Assembly (NCBI GenBank): GCA_958009085.1 | Contig: OY253688.1 | Coordinates: 186,001 to 250,000, forward strand | Origin: Protoeuglena noctilucae | Lineage: Eukaryota | Length of the DNA: 64,000 nucleotides | Direction of reading: 5' to 3' | Part shown: positions 23,923-36,715 of the stretch, piece by piece | Numbering within the stretch: position 1 is the first letter of the stretch | Layout of the letters: each line of letters begins with the position of its first letter | Made by a program: the position numbers and the translations under genes | The notes under the pieces: generated by a model | Seen by the model: only the letters and a program-made list of their open reading frames with translations | Told to the model about the DNA's origin: nothing | Database searches by the model: none

Positions 23923-26877
23923 ATGGCGTACCCTCCGCCCCAAGAGAGCGCCATGTCCCGGAACGGGCTCCCCATCGTCACGTGTCCGACCATCTTTGCT
24001 GTCGAGGCCAGCGGGCCTCAGGTCGCGTACAGGCCCGTGGAGGTGCGTGGCCGATCTGATGTGCCGGGGCCCTTCTCTTTCTCCGCTGCGTGCCCGAAGG
24101 TCTTGTCGCTCTCCCGCGCTCGCAGCTCACGCAGCTCAGCGTGGCAGTCGACATTCACATCGCCACCGCCTTCGCCACGGTCGAGTACAGCTGCCGTGTG
24201 CCGGCGGGCGTGAAGAAGACCCCGGGCTTATTCTTGCTGCCGAAGCACCGGGACGGCGTCGTGACGGAGTGCAAGGTGCCGCTCCGCCTGGGCTCTCCGG
24301 GGGCCGCGCGCCTCTCATGCCTGATCCCTGACGCATGCTGTGCCTCTGCGATCCAGATCGACAACAAGACCAAGAACAAGACGTACATCACGACGGTGAT
24401 GCCTCGGTCCGAGGTCGAGCGCATGGCCAAGCGCGGCAAGCAGGACGGCGACCAGCCCAGCGCGAGCCCCACGGACCCCGAGCTCTTCAACCTTGACCTG
24501 CCCCAGATGAACTCTGGGGACGAGCTCTTCCTCACGGCGAGGCAGCGCATCAGCTAAACTCAGCACCGCTTGGCACGGCCTGGTGGATCCACAGCGGCTG
24601 GCGCTAGTGACTCCGCCGCCCCTGGCTTCGTGCAGGTCACGTGGTTCTGGCCCATGGACTTCCGCGCCGGCACGTACCAGACGACGGTGCCGACCATGTT
24701 CTCTCAGCCCATGGTGGGCGGCCGCTCCCTCAGTGACATCGCCAGCATCAGGGTCAACATCAACACGGGCTTCCCCGTGCCCGTCCGGTGGCAGTGCGCG
24801 AGCCACTCGCTGAGCATCCAGAACAACTACGAGGGCAAAGTCGAGCTCGTTGCGTGAGGGCCGCCGGGGTGGCATCGTGGCGGGCCAGGCTGGGTCGGCA
24901 TCGCAAAACGTATCCATGACCGGCCGCCGCCTGCTCGCAGGAGCCGCGCATCCAACTCCGCCCTCAGCATCTCCTACCAGTGCCCCAACCAGGGCGACAT
25001 CGGCGCCTCCGTCAACGTCCAGGTGGCGGCCCCCGACGACCCCGACCCCCGGGGCACGTTTGCCCTCAACCTCGCGCCGCCACAGGGCGCCCAGTCCTTC
25101 CCCCGCTCCGTGGTCTTCGTGATCGACAAGTCCGGGTCCATGACCGGGGACCCGTGGCAGAGCGCCCGCACCGGCATCACCGAGGCCCTGGGCACGCTGA
25201 GCAGCGTCGACGAGTTCACCGTCATTGCCTACGACCACGGGCAGTACCCGTGGAACGCGAGCCTGCAGCCCGCGACGCGGTCCAACGTCAACGACGCCAT
25301 CAACTTCGTGGGGCAGATCTCCCCCAGCGGCATGACAGACATCATGACGCCGCTGCACCTCGCCTTCCAGACCCTGTACCCCCCCAGCGGAGAGGGGCGC
25401 GCGCGTGGCATCCCCTACATCTTCCTCCTCACGGACGGCGCCGTCGACAACGAAAAGGACATCGTCAGGGTGAGGGGCGGCGCGTCGTGCATGGCCGCGA
25501 GCGCTTCGACGGCCCATGGTTCTGACCGCTCGTCGTGCGTGCCGCACGCACGCAGTGGGCGCTGGGGCTGAGCAGCCTCACGCAGAACATGGGCGTCCCG
25601 CTCCCGCGCATCCACACCTTCGGCGTCGGCATCTTCTGCAACCACTACTTTCTCAAGCAGCTCGCCACCGTCTCGCGCGGCCTCTCCGACGTGGCGCTCA
25701 AACCCTTCCAGATCTCCCAGCAGATCAAGGCATGGCCGCAGCTGTGTCCTGCGCTGGGGGGGAGGGGTGTTGACGGGGGTCCCAATGCGGTCACGCCCTC
25801 CCTTTGCGCTCGTGCATTGCAGGACATGATGTTAGCCGCAGAGAAGCCCGTGCTCACGGACATCGTGCTGGAGGTGTCGGGGCTCAAGGAGGTGGAGATC
25901 TACCCGTTCCCGATCCCCGACTTGTACTCGGGGCGGCCCCTAATCGTGTCGGGCAAGTTCATGGGCAGCTGGCCCGGGTCGGTGCGCGTGGTGGGCATGC
26001 TGGCGGACGGGCGCCAGTGGTCGAAGGAGGTGCTGACTTTCATGGAGGCCAGCGTGCCGCTCAACAAGGTCTTTGCCAAGCAGCGCATCGACCTCATGGC
26101 CGCCAAGGCGTGGATGGACGACGACCGGAAGCTCAAGGAGAAGGTGGTGGACCTGTCGGTGCGGGAGAACATCCCGTGCGTGCACACCATGGTGGTGGGC
26201 TTCGAAGCCGACCCTGGCAAGGTGGGGGGCGCCTCCCCACTTCCGTGCACGGACATGCCGCTCGCGTGTCGAACCTCGTTTGATGGTGGCGTGTCTGCCC
26301 TGTGTGCAGGTCCGGCAGTGGGAGAAGGAGAAGCGCATCAAGGGGGGCAGGATGAGCGGGGGCACGATCGCGGCGCTGGCTGTCGGGGGCGCGGTGGGGG
26401 TGGCGGCCGTGAGCGTGGCGGTGCTGGCGTTTGGCAGCGTGGCGGCCACCTCGGCCGGCACGCTCGCGGGCGAGGGGATGGCCATCCTGGGGACGATGGG
26501 TGGGGACCTGGGCAACATTCTAGGCAGCGTGGGCCAGGGGTGCTCGGGATGCTGCGGGGACATCGGCAACTGCTGCGGGGACGTCTTCAACGGATGCGAC
26601 ATCGGGGGTGCGTGCGGCGCTGTCGGGGACGCGTGCGGGAACATCGGCGACTGCTGCGGGAATGCGTGTGGCGACGTGGGGAACCTCTGCGGCGACATGG
26701 GGGGCATGTGCGGCGACGTGGTGAGTGTAGGGGCTGGCGTGGGTGCGAGCGGCCCTGATCTGCGCGCGGGTGCGCTTGCGCAGGGCTCATGACCGCCGGC
26801 CGCGCTTCTCGCAGTGCTCGATGTGCGGCAATCTCCTGGGCGGCATCTGCGATGCTTTGGGGGGCCTCAACTGCTGA
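23923..26877 (+). CDS. vWA-domain protein related to inter-alpha-trypsin inhibitor heavy chain (plant-type), with C-terminal hydrophobic segment and Cys-rich tail
   Basis: Contains FPRSVVFVIDKSGSMTG (MIDAS motif), IFLLTDGAVDNEKDI, RIHTFGVGIFCNHYFLKQLA and EIYPFPIPDLYSGRPLIVSG. There are 8 introns, 2 GC-AG. Confidence 0.88.
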
Positions 26878-26982
26878 AGTGCTGCGTGTTTCAACGCATC
26901 GATGGGAAAGGGGCGCTTCGAATTTCGGCACATAGCCGACGCTGTTAGAACCTCCAGTGCATTGCGCTGTTATGTGATCGCT

Positions 26983-27676
26983 CTAGAGCTTGAGCTCGGG
27001 CTGCTGCGTTGGAAGCAGGCCTGCGGAGAGGGACGGGTGAGGGGGGTCCCATGCCCAGGGGCGCAGCCGGCCGTAGATAACAACGAGGGTGAACTTGCGA
27101 TGGAGTCAGCTACCGTCGTAGCATAGCTACGTCCCCAAGGGGCAACCGCATGCCGATGCGGCGCCGTCGGACAGGGATAACAGTTGGTCATCGTCCTCCA
27201 TCAGTTGTGTCCACGCTCCACGATGGGAGAGCGCAGATGGCATGCACACGCTGCTGCGGGGAACATCCAGCGGCGCGGTGGCCGCTCACCGAACCGCTTC
27301 TTGCACGTGATGCGTTCCCGGGAGAACTTGTCGTCCGGGGAGAAGCGGGCGGGGTGCGCGGACTCCGTTGGCGTGCCCGAGGGATCCACCTTCTGCGAAA
27401 GCGGCAGAGACTCGCGGCGCTCGCGCACCAGCCGGCCGCGGCGGGCCAGCAAAAGACGCCGCTTCCCACGCCCCCCAGGTGGCCGGCCCCCGGGGCCCCA
27501 AGCAACAGATGCGTCTGGTTGCGACATTCAGAGAGCGAGGGCGCAGGCATCGGTGCGAGCTAAGGGCAGGTAGCGTTAGCTGGGGAGCCGGCAGCAGCCG
27601 CCGCCTCCCTCGGCCCCACCTTGAGCGTGTACACCCGCTCCCCCGTCGCCTCGTCGATGTAGTACATCAAGTACAT
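26983..27676 (-). CDS. NOP10: H/ACA ribonucleoprotein subunit NOP10
   Basis: Spliced product: [65 protein letters not shown]. There are 2 introns. Confidence 0.96.
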
Positions 27677-28040
27677 CTCCCTGACGCCTGCCTCCACCCC
27701 TGAACCCGCAGAAAGCGACCCCCGGCTCGCTTGTCGTGTGCTGAAGGTGACGAGGGAGCCGGTGATCAAGTCCGCGCATGTAGGTGCACATGCGAGCGTG
27801 ATCAGCGGGGAGCTCTGCGAGTGCGGAAAAGGCCGCCAAGCGAAAACGCCCGAATTTGGTGCCAGAACTCTGGGGCGCGCGCGCCTTCTTTCGACAGGGC
27901 ACGCCTGTTTCGGGACTGCTTCTCGTCAGCTCCCGGCGATCTGGACCGCAGGCACGCTAGCTGCACCAAACCTAGGTTTCAGCCACTTCCGGGCCCTTGC
28001 CCGCGTAGTCCAGCGTCTCTGAGACCCGGCTGCACCCACC

Positions 28041-30750
28041 ATGGACTCCCTGTCGCTGGAGCCGATCCACGACAAGGGTAGCGACGATGTCCTGATCAAG
28101 CGCACGTCGGAGCTGGGCTGGGGAGGCGTCATCGACGACTGGTTTGCGTTTGCGGGTGAGCGACGCTAAGGGTAGGAACCTGAGTCATCGCATGCTGTGT
28201 CCATATGCTCTCCTCGCTCCCAGGCTCGTGAACGCAAGCCCCAGCCAAGGCGTGCGTCTCCTGGCACGGTTTATATCCGTTTGCATCGCCATCCTGCCGC
28301 TGTGTATGGTATGAATGTGTCAGAGCTGAATCTGCACGGCGAATGGCGGGGCCAACAGCTGCACAGGCCATCGGGCTACGCGACGTGACTCGTCCCGTCC
28401 CCCGCAGACTCTGATGGGGACGGCAGGATCACCGGCCACGATGCCGTGTCGTTTTTCACTCGGTCTGGCCTGCCGAAGGACGTGCTCGCCAAGGTCTGGG
28501 CGCTGGCGGACCATGGGAGGCGCGGCTACCTCGACAAGCGCGCCTTCGCCAAGGCCCTCTTCCTGATCTCACTGGCACAGAGTTCGGACGGCGACATCTC
28601 CAACGTGAGCGCCGGGGTCTCTCTGGGGGCCAGAGACGACGCCTAGCCCGCAGCACGGCCAGCGTGGCCCAAGGGGTGACGTGCTGTGCTGTGCTCGCAG
28701 GAGGCATACTCACGGGCCATGCAGCGGGGCGGGGAGGGCCTGGAACTGCCGATGATGGAAGGGATGGACGGCCTGCAGCGCCGCAGCCGAGACTCGGAGT
28801 TCACGGCCCCCGCCGACACGACCTTCACGCACGGAGGAGTCGCCCGTCCCAGCGCCGCACAGCCCAGCCAGCCGACCAGCACACAGACCTTCATGGCACC
28901 CATTCCGTCCAGCAAGGTGACGGCTCCTCCAGCGTTCAGCGGGGTGCTCGGTGATGGTCGGTGGTGGTCCTGCCCTACGATGGAGCCAGCATCAACCACC
29001 AGCCCTGCCCTGCACCCCAGGATCTGCGGAAAGTCAAGAAAATCCCGAAGCAGGTGCCCATGCACGTCATCACGTCCATCACGGACGGCCTCCGCGCCAT
29101 CTACTTCCAAAAGGTCAAGCCCCTGGAGGACCTGTACAAGTTCCACGCCTTCTTCGGGGAGTCACTCAAGGACGGGGACTTTGACGCCAAGCCCCTGGTG
29201 CTCCTGCTGGGCGCCTACTCCACCGGCAAGACGACCTTTATCGAGCACCTGCTGGGGCGGCAGTACCCGGGATGCCACATCGGGCCCGAGCCAACAACAG
29301 ACCGCTTCGTGGTGGTCATGAGCGGGGAGCAGGACCGCACCACCCCAGGCAACACGCTCGCCGTGCAGCCGGACAAGCTCTTCCAGGGGCTACAGTCCTT
29401 CGGGACGGGCTTCCTGGGCCGGCTGATGGGGTCCCAGTGCCGCTCCAAGCTTCTGGAGGCGAGTGCTGTGGCGGCTGCTCCTGCTGCCACACCGCTGCGG
29501 GTGGGAAGCGCAGGGATGGATGGCCCATGCCTGGCACAGCGTGGTTCCCTCGCAGGAGGTGACCATCGTGGACACGCCGGGCGTGCTGAGCGGGAAGAAG
29601 CAGATTGAGCGTGAGTACCGGTTCCACGAAGCGGTGTCGTGGTTCGCGTCGCGCGCGGACGTCATCCTCCTGATGTTCGACCCGTACAAGCTGGACGTCA
29701 GCGACGAGTACATGCAGATCATCCAGATGCTGCACCCGCACAACGACAAGATCCGCGTCGTGCTCAACAAGGCAGACCAGGTGACCTGGGGCAGGCGCAG
29801 GCTGCAGCGTGGTACGTGTGTTGCATGTGGTGCCATGCCACACACAGGCATCTGGCAGCTGGCGGATGTGCCGGGTCACCGTGCGTTGCGCAGGTGGGCG
29901 CCCAGGAGATGATGCGCGTCTACGGGGCCATGATGTGGCAGCTGGGCAAGGTGTTTCGGACCCCGGAGGTCTGCCGCGTCTACATCGGCAGCTTCAATGC
30001 GCAGAGGACGGTCAGGGAGTGCGAGCTCAAGGGCCTGTTTGAGGCGGAGCAGGACGCGCTGCTCAAGGATTTGCTGAGCATCCCGCAGAAGTCTGGGGAC
30101 CGCAAGGTGAGCTGGGAGCCGGGCCGTGTGCCGTCACCTGACAGCCCGCCATCTCTGCGCGACACTCAGCATGCCGGGCCCCTCGCAGGTCAACGAGTTC
30201 GTCAAGCGCGTCCGTGCGGCACAAATCCACATCGCCGTCGCCTCGTCCCTGCGCAAGCAGCTGCCCGTGTTTGGCAAGCAGAAGGCCCAGGCCAAGCTGC
30301 TGGCGAACCTGGACGCGGAGTTCCTCAAAGTCCAGCGGGCATTCCGGCTGCCGGCGGGGGACTTCCCGGACCCGTACAGGCGAGTCTCCCCTTGCATGTG
30401 CCAGGTCCACGCAGGAGGGGGCGGTGACGATGGTGTCACCATTGTTGGGGACGAACGGATGTTGCGAGCCTGTCGGGAAAGGTGTGCTCGTGCACGAGAG
30501 ACTTACTGTTACCCGTTCGCAGGTACCGGGAGCTCACGAGCGCGTTTGACTTGCAAGCCGACTTCCCCAAGCCCAACCCGACGCACATTCAGATCATGGA
30601 GGATGTCCTGACGAACGACATCCCCCAGCTGCTCAAGGCACGGCGCTCCTGTGCACCCGCGAAGCCACTGCGGCAGCCCAGCCGCCGCCGTGGGCAGCGA
30701 GCCACTCCCCGCTTCGTCCGCGTCCCCAGGCATTCGACAACCCCTTTTGA
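28041..30750 (+). CDS. EHD: EH-domain-containing dynamin-like ATPase (plant-type EHD1/EHD2)
   Basis: N-terminal EH domain (WFAFADSDGDGRITGHDAVSFFTRSGLPKDVLAKVWALAD), P-loop LLGAYSTGKTTFI, IGPEPTTDRF, IVDTPGVLSG and VVLNKAD; ends AFDNPF*. There are 8 introns, 3 GC-AG. Confidence 0.95.
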
Positions 30751-30913
30751 ACCACGGACCCCGCAAAGCACCCCATGCTTGTCTACCAGCACTCGCGTAG
30801 TGGATTGAGACGATTCTACCACGCCCAGGCCCGCTCCCCTCAGCAAGGGCGTGAGCCAGCCCGGACGCACTTCCATCTGCGCCCTACAGACCTCCCTCTC
30901 CTAAGGTCTCGCG

Positions 30914-32559
30914 TCACTCGATGTTCCACTTGAAGCTCCGCTCCAGCACCTGCGACCCCGACAGCTTCCCTGCCATGGAGATCTGAAGCAGCCGCTGGTT
31001 GTCCTTCCTCCGCTCGACCGTGACGCTGCAGTCCATCTGCGGCGGGGGGCACCGAAGCAGCGCGGTTGGTGGGACCGTGGTTCTGTCCACGTGAGCCGTA
31101 GGGGCCGTGTCTCAAAAACCCTTCTGCCGTGCTGCACCGCGTTCGCCGCGCTCACCTTGTCCCCCGGGTTGACCAGGAAGACGTCCTTCCCGAAGTAGAA
31201 GGACTGCTGCCCCCAGTGCGTGGCGCCCGTGGCGTCCGGCCCCGTGTTGAGGATGACCGTCTGGTAGGCGGGGTGCTCGGCGCTGCCCTGGAAGGTCACG
31301 TCGAACCACCCGCAGAGGGCATCCACCTGGCCCCGCACATCGAACGTGAGGGCGCACCGCAGGTCCAGGGCCGCCTTGATCTCGTCCAGCGTCTGCAGGC
31401 ATCGTACATCTCTGATTCAATGTCACCGACCACGGTCTCATTGTAATGGAAATTTTGGCCAAGCTCAGCCGTCCCTCCTCGCCCCTCACCACGGCCTTGA
31501 GGTCAAACTCCTTCACCACCTGGGGCGGCCCCATCAGCTGGTCCGGGTGGACGTCCGTCCACTGCGCCGTGCACAGGAAGTAGTCCCGCTGCTCCTTCTG
31601 GAAAGACGCCGACAGCACCTTCATGTCCACGCCGTACTCGCTGTGCATGTCCTCCACGAACTCCCCCCACCCCGCCATGGCGTTGTCGTAGTCCCGCAGG
31701 CGGTGGTTCTGGCCGTTGTGGGTCCAGATCGGCGCAACGAACAGGCGCGCGTGCGATGGGTACAGCGCCCCGTCCGGCTTCAGGAAGCGGTCCCGTGCCA
31801 CCAACACCGAGTCAAGCATCGACTCACGGAGGAGGAAGTAGCCCATCCACTGCAGACGGCCAAAGGAAGCTCAGTTACACGCGGTCGTCGACATAAACGG
31901 GGGGCTCGGCAGCCGTCGCCATGCCCAACACGAGCTCTAGCCTCGGCCAGCACGCCCGGCCCCCTCGCCTCCGAGATGATGATGTCGACCTTCTCCGGAA
32001 TCTGAACCGTCTCGATGGTCCCCTGGATGACCTCGATTACGTCCGAGAAGCCGTTCTGGTCCACGAGCATCCTCGCGAACCGGGCCATGTCGGTCGCCTC
32101 CACCGCGTACACCTTCTTCGCCCCCGCCTGCGGGCAGCCGGGTGCCCACGCGTCGCATCCCTGCGCTTGCAAGTCATGCACAGCAGATAAGCCGTGGTGG
32201 CGGCGCACCTTCGCCGCGAAGATGGCCAGGATGCCCGACCCGGTCCCCACGTCCAAGACAACACGCCCCTCAAAGCACTTCTTGTTGTTCACGCACGCGC
32301 GGAAGTACGCGCTCGTCCGCTTGTGGTCCTCGAGCATGTCCTGCAAAGCGCACCGACGCGCAGATCTCAGGCATTCGCCTCCCGAGCTCCAGCACCTTTT
32401 GGAGGCGCTCCCCGGGCCTGTGGCCGCCCTTGCCTTCTGATGGTAGAGGTAGGCATACGTGCAGAAGTAGTTGGCGAAGTCCGTGGACTCGGGCGCGTCC
32501 CCGTCCAGGGGGGACAGCTTTTGGACGCTCTTTGCCGCGTCATCGGGCGAGCTGGACAT
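30914..32559 (-). CDS. PRMT10: Protein arginine N-methyltransferase, PRMT10-like
   Basis: Contains [54 protein letters not shown] and the THWGQQ loop. There are 5 introns, 2 GC-AG. Confidence 0.93.
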
Positions 32560-33333
32560 GGCGAAGAGCTGCGGCGGCGCGGGGGAGGGCGGGCTTGACA
32601 GGCCGGGCATCAGAGTCGCTGCGCCGCATTTCATAAATGCGGGAGGTGCGCACGGGACCCGCGAATGCACGATCTCCACGCGGATTGCCATGGCTGCGTG
32701 TGGGTGGCCGTGTCGATGGCCCGGCCGCCCCACGCTGCACGTCCCGTTCCTTGAAGCACACCACCAGAGTGTACATGATAGACGTGAAGCCTGGAAAACG
32801 TGCAGCGTGACATGCGCCTTCGCGATCAGCGCGCGCAGAGCACCACGGCAGCCACAGGGACGCACCTTGCGAGGGATGTGGGCCGCAGCCTGCAGACGCC
32901 TCGCCACTGCGGATGCTGGTCGAATGAACCCAAGCACGCCCGCGAGGCTCCGCATGCAGCGGGCCCGAGGAGAGGGGGATGCAAAAAACGCCCGCGCCGC
33001 AGTCGCCGTGTGCTGCAGCGTTCGCGACTGTCCAGCAGTGCCAACGGAACGACTTGGTCCCGTAGCGCAGCCGCGTGAGGGGGAACAGGGCAGATCGATC
33101 TGCGCCCGCGCGCTGACGGGCAATTCCGGTTGCCGCCAGCGACTGGCAGTTCGACGCGTGTGCTCAAATGCGTGTGCGACTGGCCCAGGCATCGAGTCGC
33201 TTCAATGTAGTGCGCTCAGCTGGATGGATGGCCGCTGGAGGCATGCTTGTCGTTTAGCTTGTCACTCTCAGGGCGCAGCGTCCCTGGGAACCCCTAGCCT
33301 GAGAGCGCCTGCCCGCCCCATGATCTATACCGA

Positions 33334-35077
33334 ATGTCGGCTCGGATTTTGGATGTGCTGAGCCCATCGGCGCTCGCTCTCGTCACCGTCGCGGTCACGC
33401 TCGTGTGCCATGGTGACCCTTCCAGCAGCTGGGCTGGAGCCGCGGGCGCTGCAGCCTAGCGCGGGCGGGGCCTCGCCGTCGAACGCGATGTTTGCTGAGA
33501 ACCCATGCAAATCATCTTTGCCCCCTGAAGGAAGCTACCGCGGCGTGGCGGGGACGGTGGGTTCGCGCCAGGGGACGCCGCCGCGCTCGGGGCGGGAATC
33601 CCCGCGTCCCGAGACTGTCACGCTTTCGACAGGACAAGCGTTGCTGGTGCGTGCGATGGCATTGTCAGGTGAAGCCCCGGAGCGTGCCTCTCTGCTTACG
33701 GTGACTCGTGCCGTACGTCGCAGTTCCCCCTGGTGGCAAGCGTCATCCTGCTCGCTATATTCTTCTACTTTGGCGCTGTGCACATCGTCCTCGTTATCGT
33801 CATGGCCATCACGGGCTTCACCTGCGCCAGCTTTGTCGCCCAGCCGCTCATCAGGCGAGGCGCGTTGCGCGCTGCCTGGGCGTGCCAGGGGACCACACAC
33901 TTCCACAGAGTATTGCGCGCCACTCCATCGTCCGCCGCTCGTCGTTCCTCTCTTGTAGGGGCGCGCTGTGTCGCCTGAGCAAGGCGTGGGGCCCATCGTC
34001 CACGCTCCCTAGCCAGGCCCCACCCTTGTCTTCCGCCCCCTTAAGCCCCGGCGCTCGGTTCGAGCCCCTCGTGCGTGTGTCTTTGTGCGGCCTTTTGGTG
34101 CTGTCCTGGCTCGTGACGGACCACTGGCTGGTCATGGACGCCCTGGCGTGCTGCATGGCGGTGACGGTCATTGCGACGCTCCGGGTGCCCAGCCTCAAGG
34201 TGGCCTTCCTCGTACTCACCGGCCTCCTCGTCTACGACTTTTTCTGGGTCTTTGTCTCACCTTACCTGTTTGGCGACAACGTGATGGTCGCCGCTGCCAC
34301 CAAGGCTGCCACCAACCCCGTCCAACGTGCTGCGGAGGCCCTGCACTTGCCAGGTGGGGCCGAGCAATGTGAGATGCTAGAAATGGCGACGGCGACGTGA
34401 CGCGATGGGAACGCGGCCAGCGACTCCCTTGCAACATGCAGGGGCGAGCTGGATCACTCCGCGCCTCGACATCCCCAACAAGATCATGGTGCCCCAGCTG
34501 TCTTCCCTGTTTTCCAACTCCTCCTCCGGCGTCCACTTCTACATGCTGGGCCTCGGCGACATCATCCTGCCGGGCCTGGCCGTGTGCCTGGCACTGGCGC
34601 TCGATGGCAACAGCCGCAAGAGGTGAGACGTGGTGGTGCAGAGGCCAAACGCGCTCGCTCGGCGCGTCGTGACTCGCTGACTCGGCCGCTCTTCCAGCAG
34701 AAGCGACGGGGAGGGCCGGTGGGACGGGAACGGGCTGTGGGTCGGCGAGTGGCGGACGCTGCACTATTACAAGGCGCGTCGGCCGCAGCGTCACGTCACG
34801 CCTGCCAGCCCCGAGCAGCGGCCGAACGCCTCCTCCCGCGCTGCCGCAGGGGGCCACAGCCGCCTACGCGTGCGGCCTGCTAGCGGCGTTCCTGTCGAGC
34901 ATCGCCTTCCATGCGGCCCAGCCTGCCCTCGTGTACATCTCCCCAGCAGTCCTCGGCACCCTGATTGCGCAGGCGTGGCGGCGGGGGGAGCTCCAGGAGG
35001 TCTGGGACCACGGCGCTGGCACTGGCGATGGCGATGCGCCGGGCTACGAGCTCGTGGGTCGGACCGCGGAACCTTGA
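33334..35077 (+). CDS. Signal peptide peptidase-like intramembrane aspartyl protease (A22B; SPPL1/SPPL3-like)
   Basis: Contains LLVYDFFWVF (YD), MLGLGDIILPG (GxGD) and AQPALVYISP (PAL), with multiple TM segments. There are 6 introns, 2 GC-AG. Confidence 0.92.
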
Positions 35078-35267
35078 AACGAAACACTGCCCAAAATCGG
35101 TCCGGCTACCTCGGAGCCTAGGCACGTCCTCCTACCAAACGAAGAGAGCGCAAGTGGGGGCGAGCACAGGGGGTGTCCTGGCCCAGAAAGGTTAGGGAAA
35201 CTACAAGCCTGCTGAGGACAGGAAATGAGCATACAGCCCCAGCAGCGCTGCTGGCATGGGCCGAGAC

Positions 35268-36216
35268 CTACTCGAGCGCGGCGCTCTCGGCCATCCCCGC
35301 CTTGCGGGTGGGCCTGCCCAGGCCGAGGTTCTGCATGACGGCCTCGACCCAGTTCTCCTGGTGGCCGACCCAGGAGAGGAATCCACTGCGGTGAGGGGGA
35401 AGAGTCCATGAGCACCCCTGCTTGCAGCACCCGGGTGAACGCGTCCTGCACGACACGCGGCCCGCACCTATCAAGCACTGAGGCGATGTTGACAACCATC
35501 AGCTGGTGTTTCACGGGAACGTAGCGGAAGTTGAACAGCTGGATGGGGGGCCAGATGACGAGCTCCGTGAGGTACGAGGACATGAAGTCCTTCTTCAGCT
35601 TCGTCGCCACGTCCTGCAGTCGAGGCGAGGTTGACACGTCTCGCGTTGGCGCCAGGCCGCCGCGCTGCCAGCTCGGGCACCCGTGCCGTGCTTCTCGCCT
35701 GCAGCGAGCCGCCCTCCAAGAGCGTCATGAAGGCGAAGTACGTGCCGACATGGACAGGGCCGAAAGCGAGCCCGTCGGCAAGGATCTTCGCCAGGATGAA
35801 CGAGCTCGACCCCGGGAGGAAGTGCTTGGCAGCAAACCTATCGAGCCAGAGGTACCACACGTGCCCCGTCGGTCCCACCAGCGTGGCGCCGTACGCTGCG
35901 GTCACAGCGGCCCGCAAGGGGTCCGCGCGGTGCCCCTCGATCTCCTGCGCAAACAGGTCTCCGATGCCCCAGAGGACCGACGTCATGAGCGACTGCGGCG
36001 ACGGGCGGGACGGTGTGAGACCCGAATGCCTCCCGATGCTCCAGCGGCGGAGCCACCGAACCTGGAAGCGGCACGCACTGGGCATGTATGACACAAACAA
36101 ACGCGGCGGAACCACTCTGCCACGGAAGAGGCGGCCACCTGGGTGAGGATTGGCCGGCGTCGCAGATTTTTCTCATAGGCCCGCCACCACCGGGACAGCC
36201 AGCTCCCTCTGCCCAT
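35268..36216 (-). CDS. Mpv17/PMP22 family membrane protein
   Basis: Contains YEKNLRRRPILTQ, GIGDLFAQ, GPTGHVWYLWLD, KILADGLAFGP and IWPPIQLFNFRYVPVKHQ. There are 3 introns. Confidence 0.93.
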
Positions 36217-36715
36217 GTTGAGTGCGACCGGCTTCAGCATTTCTTCCTGGCCGTCTCGTCTCGGGCACTGCTGAGCAGCTGCTCCTCTCGTGCCCCACGC
36301 ATCCAGCGTAGTAGGGGAATTCCGAGTGGAACGGCCCGCGCGCCCGCCTCGCTGCGCTAGCAGACCTACTCCTGCCCGCGGACAGGACTGATTCGCGCAA
36401 CCGGCGCGCCAGCAAAGCTTCCGTGCGCGGAACCCTGGGCTGATGCGAGCAGAATTGGCGAGTCCAGCTTTGAGACGATCAGATGGCAGAAACGCTCCAG
36501 ACTCAGCATTCGCGAGCCTCCTCGCGAGCGATCGCGCCATCGAGACAGCGTGTCACGCCCGAAATCTGCTGTCAGAGAAGGGCGCCCCCCGCTTTTAAAG
36601 ACTGAGTCTGGAGGACTTCGCTTGCTCGTCTGGGACCCCATCGCGGTCGGGAGCGTGGCTCGCCGTCCTTCTCTGGTGGCCCAACATGTTTTCCCCGTAC
36701 TACGAGTGAACTGCG

